From NCBI GenBank assembly GCA_963976765.1, contig CAXBME010000007.1, forward strand, positions 62,001 through 126,000: a stretch of 64,000 bases of DNA. The letters are read 5' to 3'. Position 1 is the first letter of the stretch. Each line of letters starts with the position of its first letter. Position numbers and translations under genes: made by a program. The notes beneath the pieces are model-generated. The model had not been told where the DNA came from. It searched no databases and saw only the letters and a list, made by a program, of their open reading frames with translations. The DNA comes from an uncultured Planctomycetaceae bacterium (GTDB taxonomy: Bacteria > Planctomycetota > Planctomycetia > Planctomycetales > Planctomycetaceae). Positions 20,416 to 31,011 of this stretch are shown piece after piece.

Positions 20416-21342
20416 ATGACGGAAGCTCGGCTAGGTTTACCTAATCTGGGGTTTGGCGTCGGATTACGAACGACCCATTACCCGCACATTCTGAAAAACA
20501 AGCCGGACGTCGACTGGTTCGAGATTATCTCGGAAAACTACATGGACTCCGGCGGTCGGCCGCGGCATGTGCTGGAGCAGATCGTTGAGCAGTACAAAGT
20601 CGTCATGCATGGCGTGTCGCTGTCGATTGGTTCGACCGATCCGATTAATTTCGAATACCTTGGCAAGCTGAAGGCGCTGGCGGATTGGACCCAGGCCGTC
20701 TGGATTTCGGATCACGTTTGCTGGACCGGGGTGAACGGGATCAACGGACATGATTTGTTGCCGCTCCCGTACAACGACGAAACGCTGCAGCACGTCGTGA
20801 GTCGAATCAAAACGGTCCAGGACTTTCTGGAGCGGCCACTCGTTCTGGAAAATCCCAGCACGTACGTAACCTTCACCGACTCAACCATGTCCGAGTGGGA
20901 CTTCGTGACTCGCATGGCTGAAGAGTCTGACTGCGGGCTGCTGCTCGACGTGAACAACGTCTACGTGAGCTGCTTCAACCACGATCTCGATCCGGAAGAT
21001 TTTATCCGATCGCTGCCGCACGAACGGATCGTGCAGTTTCATCTCGCCGGACATACGGACTGCGGAACACACATCATCGACACGCATGACAATTTCGTCG
21101 TGGACAAGGTGTGGGAGCTGTACCGTCTGGCTCACAAGCTGACGGGCGGAGTGTCGACGTTACTCGAATGGGACGCTCAGATTCCCGACTTCGACGTCGT
21201 GCATGGTGAAGTTCTGAAAGCTCGGGATTTGATCCGCGACGACGGAGCTGCATTGCCAAAACAGGAACGGCGAGCTTTGGCTGTTCAGCGGACGACAACG
21301 GTTCCTCAGCCTGCCGTCTTCGTCGCGGCTGAGGTCGAGTGA
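20416..21342 (+). CDS. DUF692 family multinuclear non-heme iron oxidative enzyme (MNIO)
   Basis: GVGLR, EIISENY, HGVSLSIG, SDHVCW, LENPSTY, LLDVNNVYV, FHLAGH, IDTHD, LEWD. GGAG RBS before ATG 20416. Confidence 0.93.
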   Translation: MTEARLGLPNLGFGVGLRTTHYPHILKNKPDVDWFEIISENYMDSGGRPRHVLEQIVEQYKVVMHGVSLSIGSTDPINFEYLGKLKALADWTQAVWISDHVCWTGVNGINGHDLLPLPYNDETLQHVVSRIKTVQDFLERPLVLENPSTYVTFTDSTMSEWDFVTRMAEESDCGLLLDVNNVYVSCFNHDLDPEDFIRSLPHERIVQFHLAGHTDCGTHIIDTHDNFVVDKVWELYRLAHKLTGGVSTLLEWDAQIPDFDVVHGEVLKARDLIRDDGAALPKQERRALAVQRTTTVPQPAVFVAAEVE

Positions 21343-22224
21343 ATGTCCGAGCAACGATCATTGGACAAGCTTCAACGATGGGTTCAGGAAGTGATCACTC
21401 ACCCCGATGGTATCTCAGCGGGGATTGAATCTTCGGCTGCCCGAGAGCAGATCGAAATCGGCGCGGCGCAGATTGAAGACGTCGTCGAGCGTTCCAGCCG
21501 GCTGGGCAGTGCGGAGCGGTTAGCAGTTTACGGGAACGCCTACTTTGCTCGACTGATCGAGTGTCTGGGCGAAGAGTTTCCGGCGACCCGTTATGCACTC
21601 GGCGAAGAAACTTTCGACAGCTTCGCACTGGGATATATTCAGCACTCGCCGTCGTCGAGTTACTCGCTGGGGTTTCTCGGTGAACGGTTCGCTCAATACC
21701 TGATCGATACTCGGCCAACCGACGTGCCGAAACCCGGCTGGCCGGATTTTCTGATCGACCTTGCCACCCTTGAGCGAACCTACGCGGAAGTCTTCGATGG
21801 TCCTGGCCCTGAGAATCTCGAATCGTTGCAGCCAGAAGACTTGCAGTCAGTTCCGCCAGAACGAGTCTGCGAAACCCGGTTTGTCCCCGTCCCGTCGTTG
21901 CGGCTGATGGAAGCATCGTTCCCGGTTCACGAGTACGTTACCGCCGTCCGCCGAGGTAAGTCTCCCGAGATCCCGCTGCCGGAAGAAACGCTCCTCGTCA
22001 TCACGCGGCGAGACTATGTCGTGCGACGGGGAACTGTGTCGCGAGCCGAATATCTCCTGCTCCGAGCGATCCTTGATGGCAATACTCTTGGAGAGGCCAT
22101 CGAAGTCGCCGCTGAAGAAATGCCCGAAGGCAATGATGACGACTTCGCGACGAGTCTTGCGAAATGGTTCCAGCACTGGTCATCTGCAGGATGGTTTCTG
22201 CGGGCTGAATTTCCAACTTCGTGA
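21343..22224 (+). CDS. DUF2063 / putative DNA-binding-domain partner of the MNIO
   Basis: ERLAVYGNAYFARLIECLGEEFPA, SYSLGFLGERF, DLATLE. Starts immediately after the DUF692 stop. Confidence 0.85.
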   Translation: MSEQRSLDKLQRWVQEVITHPDGISAGIESSAAREQIEIGAAQIEDVVERSSRLGSAERLAVYGNAYFARLIECLGEEFPATRYALGEETFDSFALGYIQHSPSSSYSLGFLGERFAQYLIDTRPTDVPKPGWPDFLIDLATLERTYAEVFDGPGPENLESLQPEDLQSVPPERVCETRFVPVPSLRLMEASFPVHEYVTAVRRGKSPEIPLPEETLLVITRRDYVVRRGTVSRAEYLLLRAILDGNTLGEAIEVAAEEMPEGNDDDFATSLAKWFQHWSSAGWFLRAEFPTS

Positions 22225-22230
22225 TCCTCT

Positions 22231-22659
22231 TTATTCGTCGAGAAGTTTTCGCATTTGCTCGACGATTGAATCTGACGCGGAATAGACAAGCCGTATTCCG
22301 TCTCCGATTCGAGCCGGAGTGATTTCCCATCCGGTCGCATTTCTCCGCAACGGAATGAAGAAATCACCCGGCTTCAAGGCTTCGTCAGGAAAGGCAACGT
22401 CGAGCGGACCGTTCTCGACATTTCCTCGCCAGACATGGTCGACATGCACATTTCCATTAATGTCGACAGTCGCCCGGACGATCGCGTCAGACTCAACGAT
22501 CTGTCGGATATTCACGTTCGCCGGGTCAGAAGTGGCAATCAGCCAGGCGAGCAGCGAGTACCACAAAAAGCCAACAACAAGAGCGCCCCGCAGCAGCCTC
22601 GAATCAGGGGCGGTGCTGTTCAACGTCGGCGATGGTGCGTGAATACTGTCTTGAGTCAT
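22231..22659 (-). CDS. Hypothetical single-TM protein
   Basis: 142 aa ORF filling the gap, with one TM helix followed by a small beta-rich domain. Confidence 0.6.
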   Translation of the reverse strand: MTQDSIHAPSPTLNSTAPDSRLLRGALVVGFLWYSLLAWLIATSDPANVNIRQIVESDAIVRATVDINGNVHVDHVWRGNVENGPLDVAFPDEALKPGDFFIPLRRNATGWEITPARIGDGIRLVYSASDSIVEQMRKLLDE

Positions 22660-22725
22660 GGAAGGGGCCGAAAGTAGCAGTGTTTCTGGATGTCAGCCGA
22701 AGCGTCTGTTGATCGTGGCGTTGCG

Positions 22726-24270
22726 TTAATTCTCGGCGACGTTCATCGCTGCTTTCAGTGCGCGGATTGTTTCGGGGGATGGCTTAAAAGATCCGGGGCG
22801 TTTCCCCGAGGCAATCATGGTCGGAGTCCAACCGTGTCTGTTCTTCTGATTCCAGACGGCTGGATCGGCTCCGTGTTTGGCCAGCGAAGCGACGACTTCC
22901 GGAAAATTCCGATAAGCCGCTCCGTGCATGGCTGTTTCGCCATTTTCGTCTTTGACGTTGATGTCTGCTCCAAGTTTTACGAGGAAGTCGATGGCCTCAA
23001 TTACTTCGGATTCCGTTCCGGCTTCTTCACCGACGGCACGGACTCCGATGCCGGCGGCGGCCATGATCGGCATGCAACCTTCGGTGTTGGGAATTGTCGG
23101 ATCGGCTCCGAGTTCCAGGAGGAGCTTCATAAATGGAACGTCGGCAGTTCTTGCAGCGAGTAGAAACGGTGTCGCTCCGCGTTTATTGAGAACCGCTCGA
23201 CCACCGCTGCCCTTCGCAAGCCGAACGTTGATGTCGGCTCCGGCGCGGGCCAGTTCCTCGATAAACTCAAGGCTCGTCAGGCGCCCTGATCCGCGCGGTG
23301 ATGGGTCGCCTTTTTCGTTTTCTCCTCGATCCGGTTTACGGACCCAGCTCAAAGCGTGCAGCGGCGTAAAACCGCTGCGCTGATCGTTCGGATCGGCGCC
23401 TTCCTGGACCAGGATCAGTGCCAGTTCGAAGTGGCCACTTTCAACGGCCAGTTGCAAAGCGGAAGTTCCGTTGCGTGGCGTTCGATTGCCTGAAGACTTC
23501 GGATGCATCGCCGTGTTGGGGTCGACGCCTGCTGCCAGTAATCGCCTGACAGCATTGATGTGCCCCTGTCTGGCTGCGAACATGATGGCCGAGAAGCCTT
23601 TCGACGTTGAGCGGTCAATATCAGCTCCCGCTTTGATCAGCAGATCCAGCACCGCGACATGGCCTTCAGCCGCTGCCCACATTAAGGCTGTCTGGCCTCG
23701 CCGTTCGGCAGCGTTGACGTCTGCTTTGTTTTTCAGCAGGTGACTTACGCAGTCTGTGTTTCCTGTACGCGCTGCAGTCATCAGGAGCGTCACTCCGCCC
23801 GGCTGGACAAAATTGGCATTCGCGCCAGCCGCCAGCAACTGTCTGGCACCTTCGGGACGACCGAGTTGGCATGCGATCGACAGTGGAGTCACTTGATAAC
23901 GAGTCGTCGCGTTAACGTCGCATTTTGAATCGATCAGCAAACGAACGGTCTTTTCGTCACCATGAAAAACAGCCCAGTGCAAGGCGGTCATACCGTCGGC
24001 TTGAGTCTGGTCAGGATCGATGCCTCGCTCGGCCAGTTCTTCCACTTCCGTCCAGCGTTTGAATTCAGCGGCGTCTGCCAACCGGACATTCGCCGCACGC
24101 TCGTCAGCCGGTTTCGCATCATTCGCGCGAGCCGCTGTCAGCAGGCTCCCCAACAAAATAACCAGACACAAATAAGCAGATACACGTTGCGATTCTTTGC
24201 GTCTTTGCGCCGTTGCATCACATTCAGGTGGCGCAGGCGGGGGCACTATGTTGTTGCGAAGATTCTTCAT
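22726..24270 (-). CDS. Exported ankyrin-repeat protein
   Basis: Repeated GxTALHWA / TPLxxA motifs (about 10 repeats) and a hydrophobic leader. Confidence 0.92.
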   Translation of the reverse strand: MKNLRNNIVPPPAPPECDATAQRRKESQRVSAYLCLVILLGSLLTAARANDAKPADERAANVRLADAAEFKRWTEVEELAERGIDPDQTQADGMTALHWAVFHGDEKTVRLLIDSKCDVNATTRYQVTPLSIACQLGRPEGARQLLAAGANANFVQPGGVTLLMTAARTGNTDCVSHLLKNKADVNAAERRGQTALMWAAAEGHVAVLDLLIKAGADIDRSTSKGFSAIMFAARQGHINAVRRLLAAGVDPNTAMHPKSSGNRTPRNGTSALQLAVESGHFELALILVQEGADPNDQRSGFTPLHALSWVRKPDRGENEKGDPSPRGSGRLTSLEFIEELARAGADINVRLAKGSGGRAVLNKRGATPFLLAARTADVPFMKLLLELGADPTIPNTEGCMPIMAAAGIGVRAVGEEAGTESEVIEAIDFLVKLGADINVKDENGETAMHGAAYRNFPEVVASLAKHGADPAVWNQKNRHGWTPTMIASGKRPGSFKPSPETIRALKAAMNVAEN

Positions 24271-24297
24271 TAACGAATCACCTGCTGAATCAATCGA

Positions 24298-25644
24298 CTA
24301 CAGAGAAACCGGGGCGAACAGCTCATCGGCTGTTCCGTTGCTATCGGCGAAGGAGTCCATTTCGATTCCTGCCTTATTCAGCAGCGTCAAATGCAGATTG
24401 GCCATCGGCGTGTGTTTTTCGTAGGTGACATGCCGATCGCCGCGCATGTTGCCAGCCGCTCCGCCAGCCACGATGAGCGGAAGGTCGGTGTGATCATGCG
24501 CGTCGGGGTCGCCCATGCCGCTGCCATAAAGGTAAAGCGAGTGGTCAAGCAGCGAGCCGTTGCCTTCAGGGGTCGCTGCCATCTTCTGCAGAAACTCGGC
24601 GAACAGGGACACGTGGAACTGGTTGATCTTTGCCAGCTTGGCGAGCTTGTCCGGATTGTTTCCGTGATGCGAAATCGGATGGTGAGGTTCCGGGACGCCG
24701 ATCTCCGGGTAAGTCCGTGTGCTGGCTTCACGAGCGAGCTGAAACGAGATGACGCGGGTGATGTCGCCCTGAAACGCCAGAAGCTGCAGGTCGAACATCA
24801 ATCGAGCATGGTCGGCGTACGCGGCGGGCACTCCGACCGGTCGATCGAGATCCGGTAGCGGGTTCTCATCGACACTGGCTTCCGCCCGTTGAATGCGACG
24901 TTCGACTTCGCGAATGCTCTGGAAATAGTCGTCAACTTTGCCGCGATCGTTCGCGCCGAGTTGCAGTTGGAATCGCTTCATTTCTTCCGTCACCGAGTCC
25001 AGCAGACTGGCTCGACGACGCAGCGTCTCACGTCGATCGTCGACCGTTCCGCCTTCGCCGAACAGATTTTCGAAAACGAGTCGCGGATGCGCTTCGGCGG
25101 GCAGCGGAGTCGTCGGCGTCGACCACGAAAGATTGTTCTGGTAGACGCAGGCGTAACCGTTGTCGCATTGTCCGGCGTTGTTGAGCAGGTCCATTGCCAG
25201 TTCGAGCGATGGCAGCGGAGTCTGCTGACCCAGACGTCTGGCAGCGATCTGGTCGACGGTCGTGCCCAGATGGTAGTCCGAGCTTTCTGTTCGCTTCGCC
25301 GTTGCCGCGCTCAGGAAGGCCGAGTTCGACGTCGCGTGAGATCCCGGATACGCGTTCCGCAATTCCATCCCGGAAATCACGGTCACCTGATCCTTGACCT
25401 TCTCAAGAGGCTGCAACGTCGACGGCAGCTTGTTCAGTGAGTCGCCCTTCGGAATCCATTCTTTCGGGTTAAAGCCCATCGGCATGTAGATGTAGCCCAG
25501 CCGACGAAGCTGAGTCGGAGCGGCGGCAGTTTCGGCCAGCGCCGTGCTGGCGGGAATCATCGCGTCCAGCAGTGGCAGTGAAAATGCGGCGCCGGCGCCT
25601 CGCAGCAGCGTTCGTCGTGAGATTGATTTTCGAGTGTTGATCAT
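24298..25644 (-). CDS. DUF1552 family protein with Tat-type leader
   Basis: SRRTLLRGAGAAFSLPLLDAM, TTVDQIAA, LPSLELAM, GYACVYQNNLSW, HHPISHH, YGSGMGDPDAH. Confidence 0.9.
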   Translation of the reverse strand: MINTRKSISRRTLLRGAGAAFSLPLLDAMIPASTALAETAAAPTQLRRLGYIYMPMGFNPKEWIPKGDSLNKLPSTLQPLEKVKDQVTVISGMELRNAYPGSHATSNSAFLSAATAKRTESSDYHLGTTVDQIAARRLGQQTPLPSLELAMDLLNNAGQCDNGYACVYQNNLSWSTPTTPLPAEAHPRLVFENLFGEGGTVDDRRETLRRRASLLDSVTEEMKRFQLQLGANDRGKVDDYFQSIREVERRIQRAEASVDENPLPDLDRPVGVPAAYADHARLMFDLQLLAFQGDITRVISFQLAREASTRTYPEIGVPEPHHPISHHGNNPDKLAKLAKINQFHVSLFAEFLQKMAATPEGNGSLLDHSLYLYGSGMGDPDAHDHTDLPLIVAGGAAGNMRGDRHVTYEKHTPMANLHLTLLNKAGIEMDSFADSNGTADELFAPVSL

Positions 25645-28040
25645 TTTGAAACTCGCATTTGAAATGGCGTACTCGTCACGACGGCCTGAATGAGTGACGA
25701 GAACCGATAGTCATTGTCGGCAGCTTCCCGCACAACCTGACGAATGGCTGAAGCGTCGTGGAATTCTACCCCTCGACCAAGTGCAAATGTCAGCAGTTTT
25801 CCGGTCAACGTGCTGACAAACATTTCCGGTCGAGCGAGAATACCGGCTTCCAGTTCTTCCAGGCTGTTGACTTTCTTTCCGTCCGGCAAGGCTCCCGAAG
25901 AATCAACCGGCTGCTCCTGGTCAAACAATCGCCAGCGGCCAACGGCGTCGAAATTTTCCAGCGCGAAGCCGACAGGATCCATCAGATTGTGGCAGCTGGC
26001 GCAGGCGGGATTCTGTCGATGCTCGGCCAGACGCTCGCGGATGGTGACCGCTGAGGATGCCGTTTCGTCCTTCAGGCTCGGCACATTCGGCGGAGGCGGA
26101 GGAGCCGGCGTGCCGAGAATGTTTTCGAGAATCCAGTTGCCCCGGATTGTCGGCGACGTTCTGGTGGCGTAAGACGTCACCGCGAGAATGCTGCCATGCC
26201 GGAGCAGGCCACCTCGATGGCTGTCCTGGGGAAGAGTCACCTGACGGAAATGGCTGCCGGACACGTGAGAAATTCCGTAGTGCCTGGCCAGGCGTTCGTT
26301 GAGAAAAGTCGAGTCCGTTCGGAGCAGGTCCAGAACGCTGCGGTCTTCGCGAAGCACGCTTTCGAACAGCAACTCGGTTTCGCGGCGCAGGGCGATTCGC
26401 AGGTTGTCGTCGAAGTCTGGAAACAGCCGACGATCCGGCTGAAATGAATCCAGATTCCGCAGGTATAGCCATTGAGCCGCGAAGTTGTTGACAAGCGACC
26501 GCGATCTCTGGTCTTTCAGCATTCGCTGAACCTGTGACTTCAACACGTCCGCGTCCTGCAACTGGTCGGCTGCGGCGAGTGTCAACAGCTCCTCATCAGG
26601 GATGCTGCTCCACAGAAAAAACGACAACCGAGACGCCAGTTCAATGTCAGAAATCCGGTAGATACTCCCTGGGGGCAGACCTTCGGGATCCTTTTCTGCC
26701 CGCAGCAGGAAGTGCGGATTGACCAGAACGGAGGACAGGGCAGTCTCGATGCCGGCATCGAAACCGTCGGTCGCAAAGCGCTGGCGGAAGAACCGCATCG
26801 GGATGGCGAGGTCGTTTTCAGTCACTGGTCGGCGATACGCGAGGCTCACCAGCGGTCGAAGAGTCTTTTCAGCCCGAGTCGTCGGAACCTGATCCTCACC
26901 GTGCTGAACGGAGTCCGGAGAAAAAATCTTTCGTCGACTGGGAGTATCGCCAGGACCTTCTGGATCAAACGGCCCAACGATCGACACTTCAAACAAAGCC
27001 GGCGCGCGACGAGGGTGGCGATGTCGATTAAAGCTGGCTTCAAAAGGCTGCCGGTTGATTTCCAGCAACGACGCAGACCTGCTCGGAAATGTTACGCCGA
27101 CTTTGTGAGGACCAGCCGTGACTCGAAACCGCTTCCTGAGATGAGCGTCCACGAGCGTGTCGTCCTTCTGGTAACCGGCTTTTCCTTTAGGCGGCGTTAC
27201 GGTGAAGCGGTGAACCAGACCACGGTCGAGCAGCACGTCAATATCGTGCGGCTCGGTGAGACCTTCGATGTTTTCATCACGGTCGCGCATCAGCCGCAGT
27301 TGGATTTCATACTGGCCGTTTGCCGGAAAGTGATGTTCGAACAGCGTCCCGCCTCGAGTTCCCAGTGGCAGCCCGTCGACATGAACATCCTGCGTCCGGT
27401 CAGCCGGCAGTCGCACGGTGAGGCCGCCCGGACTTTTCTCAAGACCGCCAACAGCCTGCCGACTGATCTTTTCCGCAGCGGTGATGTACCGACCGAGCAG
27501 CAACGGCGAGAGTTCTCCGACCGTCACATTGTCAAAACCATGACTGAGCTGGTCAGCCGGCAGAAGACTGTCGACATCAACGTCAACCGCCAGCAGATCA
27601 CGAATCGCGTTCTGGTATTCGGTGCGGTTCAGACGCCGAACCGAATCCGTCCGACCTGGCTGAGGATACTTCTCGGTGTGTTGATCGAGAGCTGCTTCCA
27701 TTGCCGTCAGCACGGTTGCGTATTCAGACTCGGAAGGCCGTTCGACATCCGGCGGCGGCATCTGCCGCGCCGCCATTCGCTTGACGATCTTCTCCCACGT
27801 TTCCGTATTCCACTGTTCGGTGTCGCGAACCACGCGCGTATCAAACTCGCGAAGATTCAGGCCAGCCGCTGGCTCAGCACCGTCGTGGCAGGCGACACAG
27901 TACCGATCGACGATTCTCGCCACGAGAGTCAGCGAGTCCTGGTCACGTGTCTGCCGCACTGCCGCATCGTCAGCCTGCAAGGCCACCGGGGATGAAAGCT
28001 CAGCCAGAAAAATCACAGCAATGAGCAAGTGTCGCTTCAT
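25641..28040 (-). CDS. DUF1592/DUF1588/DUF1587/DUF1585/DUF1595 protein with two c-type heme motifs
   Basis: CVACH and CASCH, RRLNRTEYQNAIRDLL, GFDN, ELASRLSFFLWSSIPD, RTSPTIRG, DPVGFALENFDAVG. Confidence 0.92.
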   Translation of the reverse strand: MKRHLLIAVIFLAELSSPVALQADDAAVRQTRDQDSLTLVARIVDRYCVACHDGAEPAAGLNLREFDTRVVRDTEQWNTETWEKIVKRMAARQMPPPDVERPSESEYATVLTAMEAALDQHTEKYPQPGRTDSVRRLNRTEYQNAIRDLLAVDVDVDSLLPADQLSHGFDNVTVGELSPLLLGRYITAAEKISRQAVGGLEKSPGGLTVRLPADRTQDVHVDGLPLGTRGGTLFEHHFPANGQYEIQLRLMRDRDENIEGLTEPHDIDVLLDRGLVHRFTVTPPKGKAGYQKDDTLVDAHLRKRFRVTAGPHKVGVTFPSRSASLLEINRQPFEASFNRHRHPRRAPALFEVSIVGPFDPEGPGDTPSRRKIFSPDSVQHGEDQVPTTRAEKTLRPLVSLAYRRPVTENDLAIPMRFFRQRFATDGFDAGIETALSSVLVNPHFLLRAEKDPEGLPPGSIYRISDIELASRLSFFLWSSIPDEELLTLAAADQLQDADVLKSQVQRMLKDQRSRSLVNNFAAQWLYLRNLDSFQPDRRLFPDFDDNLRIALRRETELLFESVLREDRSVLDLLRTDSTFLNERLARHYGISHVSGSHFRQVTLPQDSHRGGLLRHGSILAVTSYATRTSPTIRGNWILENILGTPAPPPPPNVPSLKDETASSAVTIRERLAEHRQNPACASCHNLMDPVGFALENFDAVGRWRLFDQEQPVDSSGALPDGKKVNSLEELEAGILARPEMFVSTLTGKLLTFALGRGVEFHDASAIRQVVREAADNDYRFSSLIQAVVTSTPFQMRVSK

Positions 28041-28160
28041 CAGCCTGCCCCGAAAAGCTCTTCATGGTTTATGCAAAGACAAACACGTCTAACCGAGCCG
28101 AAGTGAAGTTTCAATTAACCCTGCTCGAAGCAACTCGCCGCCTTCTGGTGCCGGTTGCCC

Positions 28161-28186
28161 GTTGTTGTGAAATGTTGCTGTGAAAT
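28161..28186. promoter_or_regulatory. 13 bp tandem direct repeat upstream of the DUF1592 operon (possible operator)
   Basis: GTTGTTGTGAAAT GTTGCTGTGAAAT (1 mismatch), about 120 bp upstream of ATG 28040. Confidence 0.3.
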
Positions 28187-28582
28187 CCTGAGCGACAGAT
28201 TTCCTGCAAATTGTCGCAGAGCGATGCCGATCGCGACGGCAAACTTCGGCATTTACCGCCTGACGGCGACTCTCCTCGCAAAATAGATTTTCCCGACGTT
28301 ACGCCTGCGACTCACCAGGAATCGACTTTCGGGAAGTTATTCTCGACACGTTCCTCAAACCAGCACGGGAACTCAGTCGGCGGTCATGGCGGATGAGAAT
28401 TCGAGCAGCGGACGCACCATCACCGTGAGCACCGGCTCGTCGAAATCGTTCCTCTCGCTGGCCAACGTCGGCTACAGCTCAAAGCAACTCTGAAGGCACG
28501 CTGTCGAACGTGACGATCCAGGCCAGACACGAAAAAGAAGCCAGCGACGAGATCACCCAACGCTACGTTTTCTGACCAGCGT

Positions 28583-30919
28583 CTACGCGAATGCCGGCTC
28601 GTCTTCAAGATGAGCCCCGCCGGCTTCTTTGAACTCCGCCCACTGTTCGGGCGTGAAAAGGACTTCGCGAGCCTGTGAACCGTTGTAGTCTCCGACGATG
28701 CCGTCTTCAGCCATGAAGTCGATCAGCCTTGCTCCGCGACCGTAGCCAACACCCAGCGCCCGCTGAAGAAGCGAGACACTGCCTCGACCTTCACGAACGA
28801 TGACATCGATCGCCTGTTCGTACAGCTCGTCGCGTTCCTTCATCTGCTCGCGAGTCGCCGTTCCGCCTGACGCGCTGAGTCGAGCCAGTTCGGCGCTGTA
28901 GTCAGGTTCGTACTCGGCGAAGTAGTCGATGACGGAATTCACCTCTTCGTCACTGACGAACGCTCCTTGAGCCCGTGACAGATTGCTGGTGCCCGGCGCG
29001 AGAAACAGCATGTCGCCGTTGCCGAGCAGTTTGTCGGCTCCGCCTTCGTCCAGAACGACTCGACTGTCGCTCTTACTGGCCACTTGAAACGCGACGCGAG
29101 CCGGCAGGTTTGATTTGATCAGACCGGTGATCACGTCGACCGTTGGTTTCTGCGTGGCCAGAATCAGGTGAATGCCGACCGCTCGTGACTTCTGAGCGAG
29201 CCGGATGATGTGCCCTTCGACGTCCTTCCCGGATGTCATCATCATGTCTGCCATTTCGTCCGCGATGATGACGATGTACGGCATCTTTTCAGGAACCTCG
29301 GCAGCCTCTTCTGATTCCGGATCGATACCCATTCGCTCAAGTCGGGTTTCCTGTTTCAGCTTGTTGTAGCTGTCGAGGTGCCGCACGCCGGTTCGAGCCA
29401 GCAGGTCGTAGCGCTCTTCCATCTTCTCAACGGCCCAGCCGAGTACCGCTTCCGCCTTCTTCATGTCCGTAATGACCGGGTGCATGAGATGCGGAATTCG
29501 CTTGTACGGACTCAGCTCGACCATCTTCGGATCGATCATCAGCATCCGCACCTGCTCGGGCGTCCGTGTCATCAGGATCGACAGAATCAGCGCGTTCAGA
29601 CAGACACTCTTGCCTGTGCCCGTTCGACCGGCAATCAGCAGGTGAGGCATCTTGGCCATGTCGACGGCCAGTGGTCGACCACTGACGTCCTTACCGAGGA
29701 ACAACGGGATCCGTTTGTCCTCGATGTCCTTCGCGCAGGATTCGATCAGGTCGCGCAGTCGCACCATGACTCGCTTGTCGTTCGGCACTTCAACGCCGAC
29801 GGTGTTCTTTCCCGGAATTGGAGCCACGACGCGAACCGACGGAACTCGCAGCGCGATCGCCAGGTCGTCGGCCAGGCTGGTCACTTTGCTCAGACGCAGC
29901 CCGGCTTCGAGTTCCAGTTCGAACTGCGTGATCACGGGACCGGTGTCGATCTCGACGACCTTCACGTTGAGGCCGAATTCCTGGAACGTTTTCTCAAGCG
30001 TGATGGCAGCCAGACGCGCACGCTTGGCGAGGATTTCGTACGGAAACTCTTCGCTGTCTTCGAGAAGGTCGAGCGACGGCAAGGTGTATGGCGTGTCGTG
30101 ACTCGTCGCCGATGCCGCTTCGAGTTTCGCGATTACTTCGTCTCGCTGAGACAACGCGGTCACCGGAGGATTAACCTTAATCTCGCCGGGTTCACCAGTG
30201 GAGTCCTCGGCTTCGTCATCAATCTTTTCTTCAGGCTCTTCCTCGTCATCGTCTTCGGTCGCGACGACGGAGTCACGATGCGCGAGTGCTCCGCGATGAT
30301 CGAACTCAATTTCCCCATCTTCTTTCGGGCGACGTTTTACAAGCCACGCAAGAGTGCCGAGTAACGCGGTCGGCAAAGCCACGACCGGGCGCAGCAGAAA
30401 ACGCAACGCGCGCGTCACGATGCTCGTATCCGCCACCAGAACAAAGCCAGCCAGGAAACACGACGACAGAAGAATACACAGTCCCGTCGTTGCAAAGTGC
30501 TCTTCAAACGCGGCGACTCCCCACGCTCCAATGTACCCGCCACTACCGACGATCTGTCCGGAAGCAATATCAGGAGCCAACAGGTGCAGAGCCACACAAA
30601 GCGAGGCGAGCATCAGCGACGTGCCAATCGCCTTTTGCTTGACAGCATCGTCAGGGCCGCGAGAAAGTAGTCGGAAATCGAACGCGGCCAGCGCAACTAC
30701 GAGAAACCACGAGCCAATGCCGAACGCGGCTCGGAGTCCGTATGAAAGTTGTGCGCCGAGTTCGCCGCAAAGATTCAGCGGAACCTCGCGCACCGGATGC
30801 ACCAGCCTTCCCGGCGGATCGCCCGGGTCGAAGCTGAGCATACTCAGACCGATAAACAGCGTGGCTGCAAAAAGTGCCAGCGCAATCAAATCGGATTTGA
30901 TGCGGTGTAGATCCCACAT
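28583..30919 (-). CDS. ftsK: DNA translocase FtsK
   Basis: 4TM N-domain, MPHLLIAGRTGTGKS (Walker A), IDPKMVEL, IIADEMADMM, LATQKP, LLGNGDML, gamma domain SVSLLQRALGVGYGRGARLID. Confidence 0.97.
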   Translation of the reverse strand: MWDLHRIKSDLIALALFAATLFIGLSMLSFDPGDPPGRLVHPVREVPLNLCGELGAQLSYGLRAAFGIGSWFLVVALAAFDFRLLSRGPDDAVKQKAIGTSLMLASLCVALHLLAPDIASGQIVGSGGYIGAWGVAAFEEHFATTGLCILLSSCFLAGFVLVADTSIVTRALRFLLRPVVALPTALLGTLAWLVKRRPKEDGEIEFDHRGALAHRDSVVATEDDDEEEPEEKIDDEAEDSTGEPGEIKVNPPVTALSQRDEVIAKLEAASATSHDTPYTLPSLDLLEDSEEFPYEILAKRARLAAITLEKTFQEFGLNVKVVEIDTGPVITQFELELEAGLRLSKVTSLADDLAIALRVPSVRVVAPIPGKNTVGVEVPNDKRVMVRLRDLIESCAKDIEDKRIPLFLGKDVSGRPLAVDMAKMPHLLIAGRTGTGKSVCLNALILSILMTRTPEQVRMLMIDPKMVELSPYKRIPHLMHPVITDMKKAEAVLGWAVEKMEERYDLLARTGVRHLDSYNKLKQETRLERMGIDPESEEAAEVPEKMPYIVIIADEMADMMMTSGKDVEGHIIRLAQKSRAVGIHLILATQKPTVDVITGLIKSNLPARVAFQVASKSDSRVVLDEGGADKLLGNGDMLFLAPGTSNLSRAQGAFVSDEEVNSVIDYFAEYEPDYSAELARLSASGGTATREQMKERDELYEQAIDVIVREGRGSVSLLQRALGVGYGRGARLIDFMAEDGIVGDYNGSQAREVLFTPEQWAEFKEAGGAHLEDEPAFA

Positions 30920-31011
30920 GTTGGTATTGGTTACCGATTCTGTTGGAACGGATTCGTAGCCCGGGGCGATCAGAGCGAACCCTGATCACACATTGCAGCG
31001 TCAGATTTGAA

